The notes below the pieces were generated by a model. It was not told where the DNA came from. It made no database searches and saw nothing but the letters and a program-made list of their open reading frames with translations. Source: Polyangiales bacterium (GTDB lineage Bacteria; Myxococcota_A; Polyangia; Polyangiales; Polyangiaceae). Taken from it: 22,098 bases of DNA. The first letter of the stretch is position 1; the number at the start of each line of letters is the position of its first letter. Position numbers and translations under genes: made by a program. Where the stretch lies: positions 1 through 22,098 of the forward strand of contig JBBRNJ010000117.1 of assembly GCA_038230375.1 (NCBI GenBank), read 5' to 3'. Positions 17,902-22,098 of the stretch are shown piece by piece.

Positions 17902-19829
17902 TACTTGTCGGGCGTGGAGCTCGGGCCGCCACCGGCGCCGGACGGCATCGGGTTCTGCTCGCGCTCGAGGTAACGGAAGATCGTGCGCGGATCGACGCCA
18001 AGGTCGCGCGCGGTCTGTGTACGGTTGCCGTTGTTCCGCTCCAGGACCTCCAGCACGTACTTGCGCTGGAACTCCTCCTTCGCCTTCTCGAGCGGCAGGA
18101 TCGGGTTCTCGCCTGCGATGTTGAGCTCCAGATCCTCGGGGCCGAGCAGCGTCTTCTCACACAGGACGAGCGCCTTCTTGATGCGGTTCTCGAGCTGGCG
18201 GATGTTGCCCGGCCACGTGTACTTCTTGATGGCAGAGAGCGCCTGCGGAGTGAACCCGCTCACCTGGCTCTTCAGCTCGTCGGCAAACTTGGAGAGCAGC
18301 GCCTTCGCGATGATCAGCACGTCGTCGCCGCGTTCGCGCAGCGGCGGACAGTGGATGTTGACGACGTTGAGGCGGAAGTAGAGGTCTTCGCGGAAGCGGC
18401 CCGCGCGCGTTTCTTCTTCAAGGTTACGGTTCGTGGCCGCGACGATCCGGATGTCCACCTTCTCTGGCTTGCTGTCGCCCACGCGGAAGACCACGCGCTC
18501 TTGCAGGGCGCGGAGAAGCTTCACTTGCAGGTTGAGCGGGAGCTCGCCGATCTCGTCCAGGAAGAGAGTGCCCTTGTCGGCAGCCTGGAATTTACCGGGC
18601 CGCGACGCGATCGCGCCGGTGAACGCACCCTTCACGTGACCGAAGAGCTCGCTCTCGATCAGGTTCTCCGGGATGGCGCCGCAGTTGATGACCACGAAGG
18701 GCCCGCTCTCGCGGTTACTGCGGCGGTGGAGCTCGCGGGCGATGAGCTCCTTGCCGGTGCCAGTCTCGCCGGTGATGAGAACGGAGATGTCCGTGGTGGC
18801 GACCTTCTGTAGCTTGCGGAAGACCTCCATCATGGAGCCGCACACGCCAATGATCTCACCAAAGCGCTTGTCACTGAGCTCCGCGACGAGCTTGTCCTTG
18901 TCCGCGCGCAATGCAGAGAGGAGCATCGCGTTCTGGAGAATGAGCGACGCCTGGCCCGCGAAGATCGAGAGCAGGTCGAGCTGGCTGCGCTGGAACAGGC
19001 CCTTGATGCGATCGTTGCCGACGTAGAGCGCGCCCGACACGTGGCCCTGCGCGACAAGGGGCGCGCACATGACGCTGGAGAGCTTGAGCGCGACGACGCT
19101 CTCGCTGGAGCCGAACTGCGCGTCCGTGAGCGCGTCGCTGACGATGAGCGGACGCCCGGTGTCGAGCACGCGGCGAACGATGCTGTCGGAGATCTGTCCG
19201 CTGGGATCGGTGATGGCCTCGCGGCGCACGTTGCGCGACGCGCGGATCTGCGGCTTGGGCTGCGTGCCTTCGCCCTTGTCGTTCATGCCGCCGGTGAAGG
19301 CGTCGTCTTCGAGCAGGATCAGGCCTTTTTCAGCGCCCGTGACGTCAATGACGGCGTCGAGCATGGCCTCGAGCAGCTGGTCGATCCGGAGCGTCATCAG
19401 CTTCTCGGAGAACTCGTGGAGCTTGCGCACGCCTGCGAGCTGCTGCTGGGCGAGCAGGTCGGTGCCGGTGGTGGAGATGTTGGTGTCCGTGCCGGAGGCG
19501 GATGGCGCGGGTCGCGGGGCGGGCGGCTCGTCGAAGATGCTGAAGGCGAGCTCTGCATCGCCGAGGGTGAGGCGGTCCCCGTGCGTGAGGCGTGCGCGGC
19601 GCTTCTTCTTGCCGTTGATCAGGATCTCGGCCTGCTTGTCGACCTCTTCGAGGTTGAAGTCGCGACCATCGAACATGATCTGGATATGGGTCTCGGCGAC
19701 CTTCTGGCTGCCGACGGCGACATCGTTACCGAGCGCGCGGCCGATGGTGGTCACCGGCTTGTAGAGCACGAAGGTGCGAGGATGACCGTGCTGGGGGAAC
19801 CATTTCAGGGTCGGCATGCTTGGATGCAT
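17901..19829 (-). CDS. Sigma54-dependent enhancer-binding protein, FHA-GAF-AAA+-Fis HTH (start 19829 or 19817)
   Basis: FHA-like TTIGR...NG...GDRLTLG, GAF SVMCAPL..GALYV, ITGETGTGKE, ESELFGHVKGAFTGA, LFLDEIGE, RFREDLYFRL, WPGNIRQLEN, HTH GNRTQTARDLG. Confidence 0.95.
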   Translation of the reverse strand: MHPSMPTLKWFPQHGHPRTFVLYKPVTTIGRALGNDVAVGSQKVAETHIQIMFDGRDFNLEEVDKQAEILINGKKKRRARLTHGDRLTLGDAELAFSIFDEPPAPRPAPSASGTDTNISTTGTDLLAQQQLAGVRKLHEFSEKLMTLRIDQLLEAMLDAVIDVTGAEKGLILLEDDAFTGGMNDKGEGTQPKPQIRASRNVRREAITDPSGQISDSIVRRVLDTGRPLIVSDALTDAQFGSSESVVALKLSSVMCAPLVAQGHVSGALYVGNDRIKGLFQRSQLDLLSIFAGQASLILQNAMLLSALRADKDKLVAELSDKRFGEIIGVCGSMMEVFRKLQKVATTDISVLITGETGTGKELIARELHRRSNRESGPFVVINCGAIPENLIESELFGHVKGAFTGAIASRPGKFQAADKGTLFLDEIGELPLNLQVKLLRALQERVVFRVGDSKPEKVDIRIVAATNRNLEEETRAGRFREDLYFRLNVVNIHCPPLRERGDDVLIIAKALLSKFADELKSQVSGFTPQALSAIKKYTWPGNIRQLENRIKKALVLCEKTLLGPEDLELNIAGENPILPLEKAKEEFQRKYVLEVLERNNGNRTQTARDLGVDPRTIFRYLEREQNPMPSGAGGGPSSTPDK

Positions 19830-19885
19830 ACCTTACCGCGAAAACCCGCCAGATCGCACGCGAACGCGCGGGGCGTGCGCTTGGC

Positions 19886-20530
19886 TCAGCGGAGGGCGTG
19901 GGCGGCCCGGGACTCGCCGGCCTTCGCGAGGACCGGGAGGTCCATCACCGGAATCGCCCAGGAATCCGAGGAACCGGCATTCGCGCTGGCGTTCGAGCTG
20001 GTGTCCGGGCCAGAGCCCGCGATCGCAGAGACGCCCCAGATGAAGATCGCCATCGCGACAGCGCCGAACGAGCCCACGAACGCAGCCGCGCGCGTGCCAC
20101 GCATCGCGTCGAGCGAAAGGCCCGGCTTGCGGGTGCGCATGGTGGTGCGGCTCCCGGGAGCCTCGAGGTAGCGCACGGGAGTCTCGGCAAACCAGATGTC
20201 GACGGAGGACGGAGGAGTGCTCGGCAGGAGCGCGATGGCGATGGGCGCGAGCGAGGGCGGCGACTCCGTGGCCGCGTCCTCGGCGACCATCCGCGAGGAG
20301 CTCTGCAGGTAGTGCGAGGGGCGGAACTGCTGGGTAGGGACCGGCTCCGGCAACTCGTCGACGTCATCGAATGCGAGCGGGGCTGCGGCGGCCTGCTCCC
20401 AGCGTCGGGGCGGGTCTTCCGCGGTGACGGCATCCTCGCCGAGCCGGGGATCGTAGGTCAGATCCTCGAGCCCCAAGGTAGGCATTTCCTCACGCGCCCG
20501 CCGCCCCACGTTTCGTACGTCCCTGCCCAT
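19886..20530 (-). CDS. Hypothetical protein with acidic/Pro-rich N-terminus and a single TM near the C-terminus
   Basis: 3' part of the 19886..21256 ORF, with TM AAAFVGSFGAVAMAIFIWGVSAIAG. Start could be 20539, 20530 or 20485; 20530 fits the sigma54-like motif. Confidence 0.65.
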   Translation of the reverse strand: MGRDVRNVGRRAREEMPTLGLEDLTYDPRLGEDAVTAEDPPRRWEQAAAAPLAFDDVDELPEPVPTQQFRPSHYLQSSSRMVAEDAATESPPSLAPIAIALLPSTPPSSVDIWFAETPVRYLEAPGSRTTMRTRKPGLSLDAMRGTRAAAFVGSFGAVAMAIFIWGVSAIAGSGPDTSSNASANAGSSDSWAIPVMDLPVLAKAGESRAAHALR

Positions 20531-20542
20531 GACAGCCATACA

Positions 20543-20558
20543 AGCGAGAACCCTGCCA
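20543..20558 (-). promoter_or_regulatory. Candidate sigma54 -24/-12 promoter for the hypothetical/EBP/mutS2 run
   Basis: The - strand reads TGGCAGGGTTCTCGCT, close to the consensus TGGCACG-N4-TTGCW with exact spacing. Confidence 0.55.
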
Positions 20559-20581
20559 ACCCAGTCCTCGCGGACTGGCGA

Positions 20582-20610
20582 CCGGATTTCCCCGGATTTC
20601 CGGTTTTTTT
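20582..20610. repeat. 10-bp tandem direct repeat CCGGATTTCC x2, plus a partial third copy running into a T7 tract
   Basis: CCGGATTTCC at 20582-20591 and 20592-20601; CCGGTTTTTTT at 20600-20610. Lies in a divergent intergenic region. Confidence 0.8.
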
Positions 20611-20640
20611 CAGCCCAGGCGGACAGCGCGCACGGCGACC

Positions 20641-20657
20641 CGGTGTCTCCCTTGCAT
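20641..20657 (+). promoter_or_regulatory. Weak candidate sigma54 promoter for the small lipoprotein
   Basis: CGGTGTCTCCCTTGCAT has GG-N10-GC spacing, with a good -12 element and a poor -24 element. Confidence 0.3.
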
Positions 20658-20789
20658 GACTGGGCGATCCGGAGGGCGTGTGGGCGCGTAGGGGCTGCCC
20701 GTCGCTCCGAACGACCTGCAACCGATTGCGCTTCCAGGATGACCTCCATCTGTATGAAGATGGAATCTCGCCCATTTGGGGAGGTACCG

Positions 20790-20954
20790 ATGAAAGGCGC
20801 TCTCGTGTTCGTGGTCTTGAGCTTCGCCGCCGCACTCGCGGTGGTGGCATGTGGTGGCAACGACAAGCCGCCGCTCGTTCCCGATGGTCCCGACATGACA
20901 TCCGTCGGCGATGGCGGCGCCACGCCCACGACCAGCGCCGCACCAACCAAGTAG
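20790..20954 (+). CDS. Small lipoprotein (54 aa)
   Basis: GGAGG SD then ATG 20790. MKGALVFVVLSFAAALAVVA-CGGNDKPPLVPDGPD... is a textbook signal II peptide. Confidence 0.8.
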   Translation: MKGALVFVVLSFAAALAVVACGGNDKPPLVPDGPDMTSVGDGGATPTTSAAPTK

Positions 20955-20958
20955 CGTT

Positions 20959-20976
20959 CGCAGCGGGGCCGCTGCG
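20959..20976. terminator. GC-rich hairpin between convergent genes
   Basis: CGCAGCG-GGGC-CGCTGCG (7-bp stem, 4-nt loop). No U-tract on either strand. Confidence 0.4.
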
Positions 20977-20988
20977 CGCGTTGCTGGT

Positions 20989-22098
20989 CTAGAAGGCGCC
21001 GGCGGCTTGCAGTGTTGCGCCGCCGCGTACGGGCGCGACGCCGAGCTGGAACGGAAGCTCGTTGAGGATGGACTTCTCCGCGTTGTCCAACGCGCCCGAC
21101 GTGAGCGCGCCCGCGAGCGCGACGCCAGCGATGCCGCCCAGCGAGTTCGCGATGAGACCGTGGTGGATGTCCTGCTTTGCGTTCGAGTCGAGCAGGTAGA
21201 ACGGATAGACGATGGAACCGCCAGCGGTGCCGATCAGGTAGCCGAGCCACATCCATTTCTGGGTGTACCAGGAGGGCGTGTAGAGAAATGAAATCGCGCC
21301 CGTGGCAGCGATGCCGCCGTTGTAGCCGATGAGGCCCGCGATGCTCCCGCCGTCCTTCCAGTCTGGACCGTTCTCGATGCCGGCGCCGAGCAGCGTGCCG
21401 CTGATCGCGCCCCAGCCTGCGCCGCTGGCGACGAACGCGAGGCCCTTCGGATCAAGGTGCGCCCATTCGCCGAACGCGTATCCGCCAAAGCCGCCGCCGG
21501 TGGCGCCGATGAACGTGAGCGTGGAGTACGCGCCGAACGACCAGTCGTGGCTGCGCTCGTGCGTGAACTGCCACTGCGTGCCGCTGATCGCGATGCCCTC
21601 GAACGCGCCCAGGATCATGCCCGTGGAGATCGCCGCGGGCGTTCCCGCATGCAGCGTCACGTTCTGATCGAGGAAGTAGACTCCGACGGGCATCGCGGCG
21701 CCGAAGCCGATGGGAGCGATGATCGCAACGCCGGGATCCTTCACGTTCGCGAGCGCGTCGATCCAGATGCCGGTGCCGATGCCGTATCCGATGCTGGTGC
21801 CGTAGAGGAAGAGCATCTCGCCGCCACCGCGCGTCTGCGTTCCGGGCGCAGGCGGCTGCGGAGGGACCTGCGGCTGCTGCGGCGGAGGCATGGGCTGCGG
21901 CTGATACTGCTGCGGAGGATAGGGCTGCTGCTGCGGCGGGTACGGCTGCTGCTGCTGCTGCGGAGGGTACGGCTGCTGTTGCTGCGGAGGGTACGGCTGC
22001 TGCGGAGGGTACGGCTGCTGCTGCTGCGGAGGGTACGGCTGCTGCTGCTGCGGAGGGTACGGCTGCTGTTGCTGCGGATAGGGTTGGGGTTGGGGATA
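20989..22098 (-). CDS. Partial (5'-truncated) Gly-rich multi-helix membrane protein with Pro/Gln/Tyr N-terminal repeats
   Basis: Frame is open from the window end to the TAG at 20991-20989 (370 codons). Many GxxxG hydrophobic helices. Ends LGVAPVRGGATLQAAGAF. Confidence 0.85.
   Translation of the reverse strand, partial: YPQPQPYPQQQQPYPPQQQQPYPPQQQQPYPPQQPYPPQQQQPYPPQQQQQPYPPQQQPYPPQQYQPQPMPPPQQPQVPPQPPAPGTQTRGGGEMLFLYGTSIGYGIGTGIWIDALANVKDPGVAIIAPIGFGAAMPVGVYFLDQNVTLHAGTPAAISTGMILGAFEGIAISGTQWQFTHERSHDWSFGAYSTLTFIGATGGGFGGYAFGEWAHLDPKGLAFVASGAGWGAISGTLLGAGIENGPDWKDGGSIAGLIGYNGGIAATGAISFLYTPSWYTQKWMWLGYLIGTAGGSIVYPFYLLDSNAKQDIHHGLIANSLGGIAGVALAGALTSGALDNAEKSILNELPFQLGVAPVRGGATLQAAGAF
21901..22098 (-). 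repeat. Coding tandem repeat YPP(Q)2-5P, i.e. CCGTACCCTCCG(CAG)n
   Basis: Translates as YPQPQP YPQQQQP YPPQQQQP YPPQQQQP YPPQQP YPPQQQQP YPPQQQQQP YPPQQQP YPPQQYQ. Confidence 0.92.

Noticed and set aside
15559..17973. 804-aa + strand ORF, and similar long ORFs (404-1411, 2752-3972, 6945-8183, 10198-11823, 17748-18812, 19041-20171)
   Set aside because: Antisense shadows of well-supported genes, expected in high-GC DNA; no recognisable motifs.
19855..19879. Hairpin CGCACGC-N11-GCGTGCG as a terminator between the hypothetical gene and the EBP
   Set aside because: Large loop and no adjacent U-tract; such stems arise easily by chance at this GC content.
19886..21256. Single 456-aa - strand protein
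   Set aside because: Its 5' half overlaps the 20989 gene out of frame, the antisense lipoprotein and an intergenic regulatory region. Only the part from about 20530 looks coding.
21901..22098. CRISPR-like array
   Set aside because: Units are separated only by CAG runs, not unique spacers; the repeat is in-frame coding and no cas genes are present.

Overview
GC-rich, gene-dense bacterial chromosomal window. The protein families (zinc-ribbon/TM protein, FHA-GAF sigma54 activator, Cys-rich exported proteins, many lipoproteins) suggest a myxobacterium, probably Polyangiales-like; this is inference. About 19 real genes are present, two truncated at the edges. Recognisable genes: glpK, a UPF0158 protein, a BMP substrate-binding protein, a Tat-exported BBE-type FAD oxidase, an ILVBL/HACL-like ThDP enzyme, mutS2 and a sigma54 enhancer-binding protein. 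The most interesting part is a tightly coupled six-gene + strand operon (8321-15431): ThDP enzyme, membrane-anchored SGNH protein with a Cys-rich tail, orphan lipoprotein, ferritin-like di-iron protein fused to an SxtJ-like membrane hairpin, NodU/CmcH/SxtI O-carbamoyltransferase, and a 55-aa SxtK/DUF5989 peptide. The peptide ends in FVYALF, which matches the F-[IL]-Y-x-x-F tyrosine acyl-shuttle motif of DltX/PatC/AlgI. I propose an MBOAT-free trans-envelope carbamoylation system analogous to Dlt/Pat/AlgIJ acylation. Several sigma54-type and sigma70-type promoter motifs sit at leaderless distance from start codons. No rRNA, tRNA, CRISPR or mobile element was seen. All family calls are by-eye motif recognition, not database searches.
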